Origin: Nibricoccus sp.
GTDB lineage: Bacteria; Verrucomicrobiota; Verrucomicrobiia; Opitutales; Opitutaceae
Assembly (NCBI GenBank): GCA_047602425.1
Contig: JASGHG010000001.1
Span: 128,001-192,000 of the forward strand
Direction: 5' to 3'
DNA length: 64,000 nt
A program made the translations under genes and the position numbers. Below the pieces are notes generated by a model. That model was not told where the DNA came from and did no database searches. It was given only the letters and a program-made list of their open reading frames with translations. Positions 8,646 to 18,141 of the stretch are shown here, piece by piece. Within the stretch, counting starts at the first letter, position 1, and each line of letters begins with the position of its first letter.

Positions 8646-9884
8646 TCAAGGCTCCTGAGTCATCACACAGGTCCAGTCGATAGGCTCTGTGTAGCGTATA
8701 TATCGGTAACACGCGTGGACGTCGTCCTTAATGCCTTCGACCGGCCATCCAGAAAAATCAATTCCATGCAATTTATAGTCAATCGTAAGGGAATCGATGC
8801 AAATAAAGGAACTACAGCTGTCGTCGTAACCGATCAGGCATACTGCATGCCCAATGGTGGTGTAAGTAACATAAGGATCGTAACTATAAAATCCGATAGG
8901 ATTGTACCAAGTGCCGCCATGCCAAACCCAATGCCAGTCCACGCCTGATGGTACACTAACATTAATACCAATCACCACTGGGTTCCCGTCTTCGAGAGCC
9001 AGCTTGGTCTGTTCAACATTATTATTTGTGTAGTACCACGAAAACCCGGGAACACGGTTATTCGTCGCACTCGCACGCTGAGCGTCGGTCGGCTGCGGAT
9101 TGGGGTTTCGCGATGGGTCGGCAGTTACGTTATAAGGCATTTCGCTTAGCGTGGCGCATCCTTGATCTCTAAGAACGACTAATGCGTCCTGAATGTTCAT
9201 CAGGCCACCATTAGGGCAAAACTGGTTGTAGATATATGCAGGACTCAGTTGTACGCTCGGATCATTGACGTTGGTCAGCCCTCTTTTCTTGGCCAACTGG
9301 TACGTTCTGGCCACAGTAACAGCCCAAGGAACACAACTCGCCTGCCAATTCCCTTGGTCCTTCGGGGAAGGAAAATAACGACTTAGATTCAGTCGTTTAT
9401 AAAGGAGTTCTCCGATGTAGGAGACAACTTGGCAATAGTTCGAGGATGAATTGCTGTAAAATTGGCATCCGCCGTAATCAAGACATCCGCCGCCGGTAGC
9501 GTATTCCTGATCGAGATCGGGGCAGAAAATGCTCATGCTATATTGCCTGCCTTCGGGTAAGCCGCTGAACCCCATTTCCATTCCGCCGACAATTGTCCCG
9601 CCATTAATTTTTACTCCTGGAGCCGGATGAGTAATAGGAATAAAGAAATACCCACCGGAAGGTTGGTACATGAAATAGCCGCCAGCTACCAATTCACCCG
9701 AACCGGTATCGACGATCGAAACCATACAATCGGCATTTCCCGACATAATCGCGACAACAAATTGATCTTGAGCGTATACATTACAATCAGGCTCCGCCGC
9801 ATTGAGATCTAGATTCCATGCCCAGACAGGGCATGCAGTCATGCTAAGCATTGCTGCAATTATTGCTTTAATAAGTATTTTCAT
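8646..9884 (-). CDS. Secreted C1 (papain-like) cysteine peptidase with Cys-rich N-terminal domain
   Basis: Signal peptide; DQGNWQASCVPWA, LSPAYIYNQ, GHAVCLIGYDD. Confidence 0.82.
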   Translation of the reverse strand: MKILIKAIIAAMLSMTACPVWAWNLDLNAAEPDCNVYAQDQFVVAIMSGNADCMVSIVDTGSGELVAGGYFMYQPSGGYFFIPITHPAPGVKINGGTIVGGMEMGFSGLPEGRQYSMSIFCPDLDQEYATGGGCLDYGGCQFYSNSSSNYCQVVSYIGELLYKRLNLSRYFPSPKDQGNWQASCVPWAVTVARTYQLAKKRGLTNVNDPSVQLSPAYIYNQFCPNGGLMNIQDALVVLRDQGCATLSEMPYNVTADPSRNPNPQPTDAQRASATNNRVPGFSWYYTNNNVEQTKLALEDGNPVVIGINVSVPSGVDWHWVWHGGTWYNPIGFYSYDPYVTYTTIGHAVCLIGYDDSCSSFICIDSLTIDYKLHGIDFSGWPVEGIKDDVHACYRYIRYTEPIDWTCVMTQEP

Positions 9885-10270
9885 AGGGGTAAATGTATTC
9901 GACGCGCTTGAACGACGTAGCGGAGAGAGATCCCAAACCGATTACCGCAGTACGTGCAACCAAATCGCACCCGTCAAGGTGATTCATAAAAATCCTAGCG
10001 CTCGGTTAGCATCACAACCTTTAGAATGCGGTAATTGCGGCTCAAGGCCAAAGTGTTGTTGATTTGGCCGGCCGCAGCCATTGTTGACTTGTCTCACTCA
10101 CCTAATACTGGGGAGCAAGCCAAGCTTATGGAACGCCCCCGCTTGCCGTGTTAAAAAAAGAAGTCCCCACCCCTTCATCCAAGTCACCTTTGAACCGCCG
10201 ATTTATCTATACAAAAAACGTAGCCCTCCATTGCGGAGGACTACGTTACATCACGATACCCGAAAAAAAT

Positions 10271-11401
10271 TTACTGCGCGATGGGCGTGAGCAGGAAGGC
10301 GTGCGATACGCCGTTGCGAAATCCGGTGCAGGCGATCTGGCCGGCGTTGTTGATGCCCGCGACGGTGATCAGGACCCAGCCAGGATTGCTCGCCGAATCA
10401 ATTAACGTCTCCAAATCGTAGGCGACTCCGTCGATCCAGATCACGATGCTATAGCTGCCGTCGGCCGCCGTGCTGCGGCCGAGGATTTGGCCGAGATTGT
10501 TGATGGCGGAGGCGGTGGAATTGACGTCACCCGCGAGTGCCGGCAGGGCCACCGGCGTGTGCGCCGCGTCGTTCTGCCAGAGCACGGCGCGATCCCCGGC
10601 GGGCGAGTGGCTCTCGCCGACCACCTGGCCAAGATCGTTCATGCCCCAGGCTAGGCTCGACCAGTCGCCGGGCAGAGTGCCGAGATCGACGATGCTGTGC
10701 GCGTCATCGTTGTTCCAAAAGGCGCCGTGCTGGCCGATAACGTCGTTGGCGACCCAACCAGCGGCTTGGCCCAGGTTGTTGAACGTCCACGGAATCGCGT
10801 TGGCTCCAGCGGGATTGATGCCCGGGATCGACGGCAGGTCGATGGTGGTGAATTTCCTGGGGTCTTTTGGATCGGGCATCCACAGCGCGCCGCGCCACGA
10901 GGACGTGTTGCCGGAAAGGCTCTTGGTGTAATAGCCGCAGATGACGCCGCTATTGTTGATCGCGATGGCATGCGTGTTGCCGCCGTTGTTGGGGAAGAAA
11001 TTGACGAGGCCTTTCGCCGTGGCGACCCAGGCCTGCGGGCGAAAATTGCCGGTGTCGCCATCGCCCACGACCGTGCCCGCGAGGTTGATCGCGGTCGCGA
11101 CACTGTAGTTGCCCTTGGGCAGCCGGCCGGTATCGGTCATCTTGCCAGCGCGCCAGACAAAACCCGTTTCGCCAAAGCTGGTGTTGGCGGACGAGCAACT
11201 GCCCACGACATCGCCCCGATCGTTCAACCCGCGTGCGACGCTGTCCGAATAGCCAGCCAGCGAGCCCAGATCCGTGACGGTGTAGCGAGGTTGCGCTTGA
11301 GCGATCGAGCCAAGGAGGAGAACGGCGGCGCCTGCAACAACTGCGCTCCGCACCGAACGGACAAGGCCAGCGAAGGCCGAGGTAATATCGTAGTGATTCA
11401 T
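10271..11401 (-). CDS. Secreted HAF-repeat protein
   Basis: Signal peptide ending AQA; repeated DLG.L.G...S.A..IN..GQVVG units; terminal HAFLLTP. Confidence 0.88.
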   Translation of the reverse strand: MNHYDITSAFAGLVRSVRSAVVAGAAVLLLGSIAQAQPRYTVTDLGSLAGYSDSVARGLNDRGDVVGSCSSANTSFGETGFVWRAGKMTDTGRLPKGNYSVATAINLAGTVVGDGDTGNFRPQAWVATAKGLVNFFPNNGGNTHAIAINNSGVICGYYTKSLSGNTSSWRGALWMPDPKDPRKFTTIDLPSIPGINPAGANAIPWTFNNLGQAAGWVANDVIGQHGAFWNNDDAHSIVDLGTLPGDWSSLAWGMNDLGQVVGESHSPAGDRAVLWQNDAAHTPVALPALAGDVNSTASAINNLGQILGRSTAADGSYSIVIWIDGVAYDLETLIDSASNPGWVLITVAGINNAGQIACTGFRNGVSHAFLLTPIAQ

Positions 11402-11488
11402 GGTAGGATGACTTTGAAGGTTTTTGACGACCCGGGGCCGTCGATGAACCCAGTTGATGCCGACCCGTGCTTCACCGGCAAAAACTCA

Positions 11489-11509
11489 GCGGTAACAATG
11501 TGGATACAT
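11489..11509 (-). promoter_or_regulatory. Putative OmpR-family direct-repeat operator, copy 1
   Basis: GCGGTAACAATGTGGATACAT (+ strand), 19/21 identical to 16782-16802; 88 bp upstream of the HAF gene start. Confidence 0.6.
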
Positions 11510-11700
11510 GGCGCGCGGTTCGTGCGAAGGATCAAGTGTCAAGGGGCAAGGACCAAGTGGAAGCCAGCAGGGGCGCAATGTTGTTGCGGCCGGTATGGGT
11601 TCGCCACGGGGAAGGTGCGACAAGACTGGGACTCTATACCGATGTTATTCAGTTCGGCTATACGGCGCGTCGCCCTCCAAATAAAACCCACCAATAGGCG

Positions 11701-12906
11701 CTAAAACCGTGCAGTCAGTTGGGCGGCGTAATTTACCTGTTTGGCTCCGCCGACCTGACGCTCCCAGCTGACTTGCAGCTTGCATTGCACGTTCGCGGAA
11801 AGCCGGCAGCCGCCAACCAAGTCAAATCGGGAATCGTCGCGCGCCCAGGGCACTCTCCTACCCTCGAAGTCGATGGAAGAGAAGGTTTGCCGGTTGAGGC
11901 GAAGCCCGCCGTAGAACGCAGGCGTGAATTTGTATTTCGTCTCAATATAGCCGGCGCGCGTGGCCACTGTTCCGATGCCTGGCACATCAAAGCGGGACTC
12001 GAATACCTCGCTCCATACCTGCAAGTGATGCCACGCAAATTCCGCATCGGCTCCGAAAAGCCGCTGGCGGTAATCGCGCCGGCTTTTCCCCGGCGGGAAA
12101 GTCGATGAGGCCGCAGGCAGCATATACGCGCCGTCGCTTCCGGAGAGGCCGAGATTCCAACGCATGTTCGGACGGAAGCCTACACGGGCCGCCGTCGTGG
12201 GAGCGCTGAAACCGGTTTTGCCGATGGACCATGATTCGGGCATCGATGAAGGGGCGGTGTTTTTCACCTCGCAGGCATAATCGAACTTCCCAATGGCGCC
12301 GCCAATCGCGACGCCGCTCGAATAAGCCGGTCCCCAGACGATCGGCACGTATTCGTACTTTTCGTCTGGTTCGGGATTCAAAAACGTTTCCACGTCCTTC
12401 GGCGCCGAAAGATCGCAAATCGGCGTGACGTACTCGTAAGGCAGCGGTGCGCCGATAAAGGGATTTTCCCACGAGCCATGACGGCGCGTCCAATTGCCGA
12501 TCACTGTGCTGAACTGGCCGGCTTGCACGTAGAGCGTGCCATCGTGCAAGGGGCGATAGCGGAGCATATATTCGTCCAGCCGCAAGTGCTTCGTCTCCGC
12601 GTTGGGATCAAAGCCGTTGTCGGCGCGCACTTGCGCGAAGCCGTAAAGATCGGCGCCCCAGCGCGCATCGAGAAACAGCGTCAACCTCGGATTGAAGAGA
12701 TCTTTTTTGTCGGTAAAGAGTAGTCCGGGGGCGGGCAGTTCCACGTGGTACCACTCGAGGTCCGCCGTTCCGCTCAGCTTTGCGCGAAAAGTATTTTGCG
12801 CCGCCGAGAACGTCAGCGCGCGGTCAACGGATTCAAAAACGTCTCCCGCAGCGAACGCTGTGATGGAAAGGAAGAGAAGGCCAAAAAGAAAAGGGGTAAG
12901 ACGCAT
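11701..12906 (-). CDS. Outer-membrane beta-barrel/porin-like protein
   Basis: Signal peptide, alternating amphipathic strands, C-terminal YAAQLTARF. Confidence 0.75.
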   Translation of the reverse strand: MRLTPFLFGLLFLSITAFAAGDVFESVDRALTFSAAQNTFRAKLSGTADLEWYHVELPAPGLLFTDKKDLFNPRLTLFLDARWGADLYGFAQVRADNGFDPNAETKHLRLDEYMLRYRPLHDGTLYVQAGQFSTVIGNWTRRHGSWENPFIGAPLPYEYVTPICDLSAPKDVETFLNPEPDEKYEYVPIVWGPAYSSGVAIGGAIGKFDYACEVKNTAPSSMPESWSIGKTGFSAPTTAARVGFRPNMRWNLGLSGSDGAYMLPAASSTFPPGKSRRDYRQRLFGADAEFAWHHLQVWSEVFESRFDVPGIGTVATRAGYIETKYKFTPAFYGGLRLNRQTFSSIDFEGRRVPWARDDSRFDLVGGCRLSANVQCKLQVSWERQVGGAKQVNYAAQLTARF

Positions 12907-12912
12907 CCGAAG

Positions 12913-14652
12913 CTAGATCTCTTGCCCCTGGTCAGATGCAGTCGCAACGCGAAAACTCACTTCAAATTCCGTCCAGTCATCAGCGGAGCGCACCAACCGC
13001 ACGTCGCCGCCGTGCAGTTGCGCCAGTTCGCGCGCGAGATTCAAACCGAGACCGTGCCCCGGAATGTCGCCCGCTACCCCCGCCCGGTGAAAGCGCTCAA
13101 AAACGTGCGTCTGCGCCTCCGGCGGAATCGTGCGGCCGTTGTTTCCTATGCGCAGTCGCACAAAATTCCCTTCAGGCCGCGCAGTAACTTTGACTATACC
13201 GTTTGGACGATTGTAGCGACGCGCATTTTCCAGAAGATTTGCGAGAATGTGCGAAACGTAACGCCGCTCGCCTTGGATAAATAAATTGGGCGGCAGTTCG
13301 TTGACGATCCCGACCGCCGGGATGTCCGACAACTCGCTGAGTCCGTCGATCCACGAGGCGACCATGTGCGACAGATCGATGGCGGTGAAATCGATGCTGA
13401 GCCGCCCCGCGTCCATGCGTGAGAGCAGGAGCAGATCCTCGATCATGCCGGTGAAACGATAAGTCTCGTTGAGCAGCGTCGAGATTTCCTCGCGCACCGG
13501 CTCCGTGAGATCGTCGCGGGCCAGCAATTCCTGAAGGCCGGCGCGCAACACCGCGACAGGGGTTTTCAACTGATGCGAAGCGTCCGCGGAAAAACGCGCC
13601 GCGCGCCGCAATTCCACCTGGGTCGAGCGCAGCGATTCCTCGGCGCGCTGCCGGCCTTCGGCGTTGAGCTTGGAGTCGACTTCGAGTTTCTCGACCGGCC
13701 GGGAAAAACGGCGGGCCAGCGCATGGCTCGAAAACAAACCAAGCAACAGAAGTAAGCCCCCTGCGCTCCAAATCCGCAGACGCAACTCGCGCCGCCGCGT
13801 GAGACTTTCGTTGAGCGAATAGAGCGAGAGCTCGTAAGCGGCCGGATACATCGACGCTGCGTTGAGGCGCTGGCAGAACAAAAGATGCGGGATGCCACCG
13901 ATGGTCGTCGTCGTTTTGTAGTCCACGCTTTGAGAGGCCAGTTGTCCGTCCAAAAGTGTCTTCAACGAAGACCGTGAATGATCGTCGAGGCCCGCGACGC
14001 AAACCTGTCCATTGATCCAATACCCACGCAGGAGCGAACGTTGCGCCTCGTTTTTCGTGGTGAAACTGGCCGTGAAACCGACCACCAGTGCCGCAATCGG
14101 CCGCGCCGTCGCGGTCGAGCGTATGGGCGTGGCGATGATTTCGATTACGTTTCCCGCCGCGTCGCGCTCCAGATAACCGAGCTGCGGTTCCGTCGGCACA
14201 CCTGGAAGGGAAATTCGCGCCACCTCGTTTTCCGTGAGTTCGCCAATTCCGCGCGAGCTGGGCGCGGCAATCACCGCGCCTCGGGCATCAAGAAAACGAT
14301 AGAAGATCGCCGGTCCGAGCTTGGCGTTTTCTACGTCAGCCCCCGACTCCATCAAATCGGCCAGTTCCTCGCGCGCACTGACGTAGAGGAGATCGAGCGC
14401 GTCATCTTCGATTGCGGCGTGAATGCGCGATTTTCGGACCAGGGCCAGGCACCGGCGGGTCAATGCAGCGATTCTCGTTTCGCGCGCCACTTCCAAACCT
14501 TTTATTTCCGACAAAAATCTTCCATGAAGCGCGCGTTCGGTTTCAGCCGCAGCGCCACGTTCCGCGATGTAGCTTCCCGCGGCCGTGAGCACCACCACCA
14601 CGGCCATCATCGCCGCGGCCAGTTTGATTCTAAAACCACTCAATCGCCCCAT
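12913..14652 (-). CDS. Membrane sensor histidine kinase
   Basis: Two TM segments; H-box ADASHQLKTP; N-box NLLENA; FERFHR; GHGLGL. Confidence 0.93.
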   Translation of the reverse strand: MGRLSGFRIKLAAAMMAVVVVLTAAGSYIAERGAAAETERALHGRFLSEIKGLEVARETRIAALTRRCLALVRKSRIHAAIEDDALDLLYVSAREELADLMESGADVENAKLGPAIFYRFLDARGAVIAAPSSRGIGELTENEVARISLPGVPTEPQLGYLERDAAGNVIEIIATPIRSTATARPIAALVVGFTASFTTKNEAQRSLLRGYWINGQVCVAGLDDHSRSSLKTLLDGQLASQSVDYKTTTTIGGIPHLLFCQRLNAASMYPAAYELSLYSLNESLTRRRELRLRIWSAGGLLLLLGLFSSHALARRFSRPVEKLEVDSKLNAEGRQRAEESLRSTQVELRRAARFSADASHQLKTPVAVLRAGLQELLARDDLTEPVREEISTLLNETYRFTGMIEDLLLLSRMDAGRLSIDFTAIDLSHMVASWIDGLSELSDIPAVGIVNELPPNLFIQGERRYVSHILANLLENARRYNRPNGIVKVTARPEGNFVRLRIGNNGRTIPPEAQTHVFERFHRAGVAGDIPGHGLGLNLARELAQLHGGDVRLVRSADDWTEFEVSFRVATASDQGQEI

Positions 14653-14671
14653 TTTGGAATAGAGCGGCAGG

Positions 14672-15313
14672 TTATTGGAACTCCGCGCGCACCGTCGTGC
14701 CTTCAACCAAGTCCACTTCCTGAGTCTTGGTGGTTTCGCTGTCGATCCAGGCTTTCAAGACGTAGTGGCCGGTTGGAAGTCCGGTCAGCCGAAATTCGCC
14801 TTTGGGATCCGTGAGCACAAAGTGCGGCGTGTCCAGAACGAGGATCAGACCGCGCATGTGCTCGTGAATATCGCAACGCACCGTAACCAGTCCGGGCCGG
14901 TCAAAAACCTGAAAGGGTACAGGCTTTTCTCCCGGTTGATATCGCCCGAGATCAAAACGTTTCGGCTTCGAATAGGAAAAAACACTGTGGTACACGTCGT
15001 CCAGGTTCGGAAATTCCACCTTCGTGCCCGTCTGAATAGGCAAAAGCGCCGGGACAAAGGTCAGGTCTTTTTGGACCAATTTGACTGTTGCGGGCTCGGC
15101 AGGCCGGGCGAACTTTCCTTCCAAATAAATCACGGCGAGCGGCGGATTGGTCGCCATCACACCGTTCGAAGTGACGATCGCATATCGTTCCGTCACCATC
15201 GGCGCACTCGTCGCCTTGGGCAATTGCACGCGACCCTCGACTTCCGCGCCCCGCGTCACCAACGAACCAACAGCGCAGCTCAGACAAAAAAGAAATAAAC
15301 GAAGTGTGTTCAT
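14672..15313 (-). CDS. Secreted cupredoxin-like protein with carboxypeptidase-regulatory-like domain
   Basis: FPNLDDVYHSVFS and RCDIHEHM copper-ligand pattern; TDPKGEFRLTGLPTGHY; TGATG overlap with the upstream regulator. Confidence 0.8.
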   Translation of the reverse strand: MNTLRLFLFCLSCAVGSLVTRGAEVEGRVQLPKATSAPMVTERYAIVTSNGVMATNPPLAVIYLEGKFARPAEPATVKLVQKDLTFVPALLPIQTGTKVEFPNLDDVYHSVFSYSKPKRFDLGRYQPGEKPVPFQVFDRPGLVTVRCDIHEHMRGLILVLDTPHFVLTDPKGEFRLTGLPTGHYVLKAWIDSETTKTQEVDLVEGTTVRAEFQ

Positions 15314-16005
15314 CAGGCGTTCGAGTTCTGAGGTTGATCGCTCACCGTGTATCCCACCAAGCGAAGCGTGTGGATCAGCGGGGTGGGAAAACCATCGTCC
15401 ACCTTCCGACGCAATCGCGCGATGAACATTTCCACCGTGCGCGAATCGTAGGTGTGCTCGCGCTGCCAAACGCGGTCGAAGATTTCGGTTCGCGAAAAAA
15501 TCCTGCCCGGCTCCTGCAGGAGCAATTGCAGCACGTCGAATTCGCGGGGCGAGAGCGACACGACCTGGCCGCCGCGCGTCACGCGTCGTTGCTGGACGTT
15601 CATGTGCAGGTCGGCGATTTGCAGGCTTCCGACCTCGCTCGTCGGCGTGCCCCGGCGGCCCAGTGCTTCCACGCGCGCGATCAATTCGTCCATATCGAAT
15701 GGTTTGGTAAGATAGTCGTCCGCGCCGCCCTTGAGACCGCGCAGACGATCTTCTTTTTCGCCACGCGCCGTCAGCATCAACACGCGTGTCGCCGGCGTGG
15801 TTTTGCGCACCTGGCTCAGAATTTGAAAACCATCCATGGTCGGCAAATTGATATCGAGCACGATCAGGTCCGGCGGATGATTGAGCGCTTCCTGGAGGCC
15901 CGCGCCGCCATCGTTTTTCACCTCAGCCGAATGGCCGTGGCGCACGAGAGCCGCCTTGATGTGGCGGGCCAGCTGCGGCTCATCTTCGATGATTAAAGTA
16001 CGCAT
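15313..16005 (-). CDS. OmpR-family response regulator
   Basis: IIEDE, LDINLP, GADDYLTKPF, winged helix VEMFIARLRRK. Confidence 0.93.
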   Translation of the reverse strand: MRTLIIEDEPQLARHIKAALVRHGHSAEVKNDGGAGLQEALNHPPDLIVLDINLPTMDGFQILSQVRKTTPATRVLMLTARGEKEDRLRGLKGGADDYLTKPFDMDELIARVEALGRRGTPTSEVGSLQIADLHMNVQQRRVTRGGQVVSLSPREFDVLQLLLQEPGRIFSRTEIFDRVWQREHTYDSRTVEMFIARLRRKVDDGFPTPLIHTLRLVGYTVSDQPQNSNA

Positions 16006-16131
16006 GGGAGGGCTTTCAGAAAAGTCTCGGGGAATTTGGCGACAACAGACGCTGACCGGAAACCGTTTTTGCGGCAAGTCCCGCGAAATCGAAATTCCGC
16101 GAGACGTCACCGCGATGTTGACGAAGGCCGG

Positions 16132-16692
16132 TCAGTTCCCGGAAGAGATCACGTTGCCCGAGCTATCGCAGACTTTGACCGAAGTGATCGTCGTGCCCGG
16201 CGTGACGTAAACGCTGTAGGTCGAGAGGCCGTAGCCACCGACGATGTAAACCGCGTTCGACGTGAACGGATAAAGCGTTCCGCCCGTGCCCGACACGTTC
16301 AGATAAAGCAGGCTGCCATCCGGCGCATTTACAGAAGATACTTCAACATTCACGGTCATCAACGACAGCGTCGGATAATAGGGATCGATTCGATACGAAC
16401 CCGTGCAAACAGGATCCACGCCATTGACCGGACTCACCGGAGTGAACGTGAGGGTTTGCGACACGCCCGGAGCGGGCGCTGGCGTCGGGGAAACAATGAC
16501 CGGCGATGAACTATCTTTGCCACCGCCACCCTTTCCACCGCCGCCACCACCGCTGTTGGTCGATCCGTTGCTGGTGCCGGGAATGGGATCGGTCGCGCCG
16601 TACTTGGCGTGAGCTGGGACGGTGAACACTAGAGCCAGAGCGAAGCTCATCGCCGCGGCGCTTAACGAGAAGGATTTAGAGGATGCTTTCAC
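16132..16692 (-). CDS. Secreted hypothetical protein with Gly/Pro-rich linker
   Basis: GTG start after AAAGGT; signal peptide ending AHA; GGGGGGKGGGG tract; beta-rich C-terminal domain with a Cys pair. Confidence 0.7.
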   Translation of the reverse strand: MKASSKSFSLSAAAMSFALALVFTVPAHAKYGATDPIPGTSNGSTNSGGGGGGKGGGGKDSSSPVIVSPTPAPAPGVSQTLTFTPVSPVNGVDPVCTGSYRIDPYYPTLSLMTVNVEVSSVNAPDGSLLYLNVSGTGGTLYPFTSNAVYIVGGYGLSTYSVYVTPGTTITSVKVCDSSGNVISSGN

Positions 16693-16781
16693 AATTACCT
16701 TTGTTGAGTGGTTTTGTTTTTGCCCAAATCGGTTTGGGTGAGAACACGGATAACCACGTCCCTCCGGCCTGAAATATCTTC

Positions 16782-16802
16782 GCGGTAACAAAGCGGATAC
16801 AT
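16782..16802 (-). promoter_or_regulatory. Putative OmpR-family direct-repeat operator, copy 2
   Basis: GCGGTAACAAAGCGGATACAT (+ strand), 90 bp upstream of GTG 16692. Confidence 0.6.
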
Positions 16803-16849
16803 TGTGCCCGGCGACGAAGATTAAGCGCCAGAAATCGGCACCCGTTACG

Positions 16850-17197
16850 CTACGCCCACTGGTTCGTATCATTTTTGACGGATGCGTGCTCCTGAAGCTC
16901 CATGGGAGTCGGTCCTTGCAGGGAGCTCATGATCATGGCCAAAGCAAGAAAGACAGCCGCACAACCAAAACCAATCAAAAGAGCAACAGGCAATCTCCAA
17001 GGCTTTCTTTTTCTGTGGGCGATCACATGAATGAGCAGCCAAAGGAGGGAAATGGAGGTAAAAACGACAAACAATCTGAGGAGATCATTGGGATCAATAA
17101 ACCACCAATGCTTCCTAACCTCGATGTACCTCAGAGTCAGTGTGAATATTGAAATCACTTCCTTTGCATTATGGGCGATTTGGCTTCGCAACGACAA
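16850..17197 (-). CDS. Small membrane protein (start uncertain)
   Basis: Two hydrophobic segments separated by HRKRKPWR. Confidence 0.4.
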   Translation of the reverse strand: MSLRSQIAHNAKEVISIFTLTLRYIEVRKHWWFIDPNDLLRLFVVFTSISLLWLLIHVIAHRKRKPWRLPVALLIGFGCAAVFLALAMIMSSLQGPTPMELQEHASVKNDTNQWA

Positions 17198-17227
17198 TAC
17201 TGCGTAAACGTTGGCACTGGCACGTGG

Positions 17228-17839
17228 TTATTTCTTATAACGTCTCGCTTGAAAGCGTACCGCTTCGTTCTGGTGAGCAGCTTTCAGGGACGATGATTGC
17301 GTAGAAATGGCCTTCGCTCGATCAACCAGCCCCGCGGCGGTGAGGGATTCGGCAAAATCGTCCAAAAGCACGGCGTAACCGAGTGGATCGCTCGACTCGA
17401 TACCGACCTTTTCCAATTCGCTCATTGCTCTTTCGTATATCGGAACGGCTTTCGCGTGCTCGCCGATATCGTGCAACAGGCGAGAATATTCCGACAGAGC
17501 AGGAGGAAGCAGTTTGTCGGCTTCGCCCTTCGCTTTGTCGATAAGCGCGAGGACGTCCAGAAACGCCTTTTCGGAGTCCGCGTAGTTGCCGGCGTAGCCT
17601 GTGACGCGAGCGTATTCGTAAAGATAGTAAGCCTCGGCTTTCGGCCCCAGATTACCGATTTTGGCGTTGCCATAGGCCCTTGAGAAATTGCGCTGCGCCA
17701 GTGCGAGATCACCTCCGCGTTCAGCTGCGACGCCGTATTCGTAATATTGCTGAGCGGTGCGGGAGTTGATCGGATTTGCACAACCTGCGAGCACCAAAGA
17801 AACAACCAAACTGAGGGATGGAAGAAGCGTGGTTTTCAT
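17228..17839 (-). CDS. TPR-repeat lipoprotein
   Basis: Lipobox LAGC; TPR-like helices (AVPIYERAMSELEK). Confidence 0.8.
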   Translation of the reverse strand: MKTTLLPSLSLVVSLVLAGCANPINSRTAQQYYEYGVAAERGGDLALAQRNFSRAYGNAKIGNLGPKAEAYYLYEYARVTGYAGNYADSEKAFLDVLALIDKAKGEADKLLPPALSEYSRLLHDIGEHAKAVPIYERAMSELEKVGIESSDPLGYAVLLDDFAESLTAAGLVDRAKAISTQSSSLKAAHQNEAVRFQARRYKK

Positions 17840-18141
17840 TTTTTGCTTATGTTAAACGGGTGCCGTCTGATGGCAACGAACCCGCCAATAACTGTATCCG
17901 AAGCGAAAACGTTCTATTTCATTCGTAAGGATGAGCAAGCCACGTCTTTCAGTTCAGTCCTTCGCAAAGCACACAGAGCGGTTGCAGCCGGGGGATCTTA
18001 TTATTAAATACGCTTTGCTTCTACCCCGCGATTTCCGACACTGCCCAGTACCCCTTTTGGCGCGGAACACCAGGCCCTCTCGCCTCTGCGCACTGCTTTC
18101 TCCCCTTCCCCGGCTTATCCCGAGCCGGGGCTTCCCAGAAT

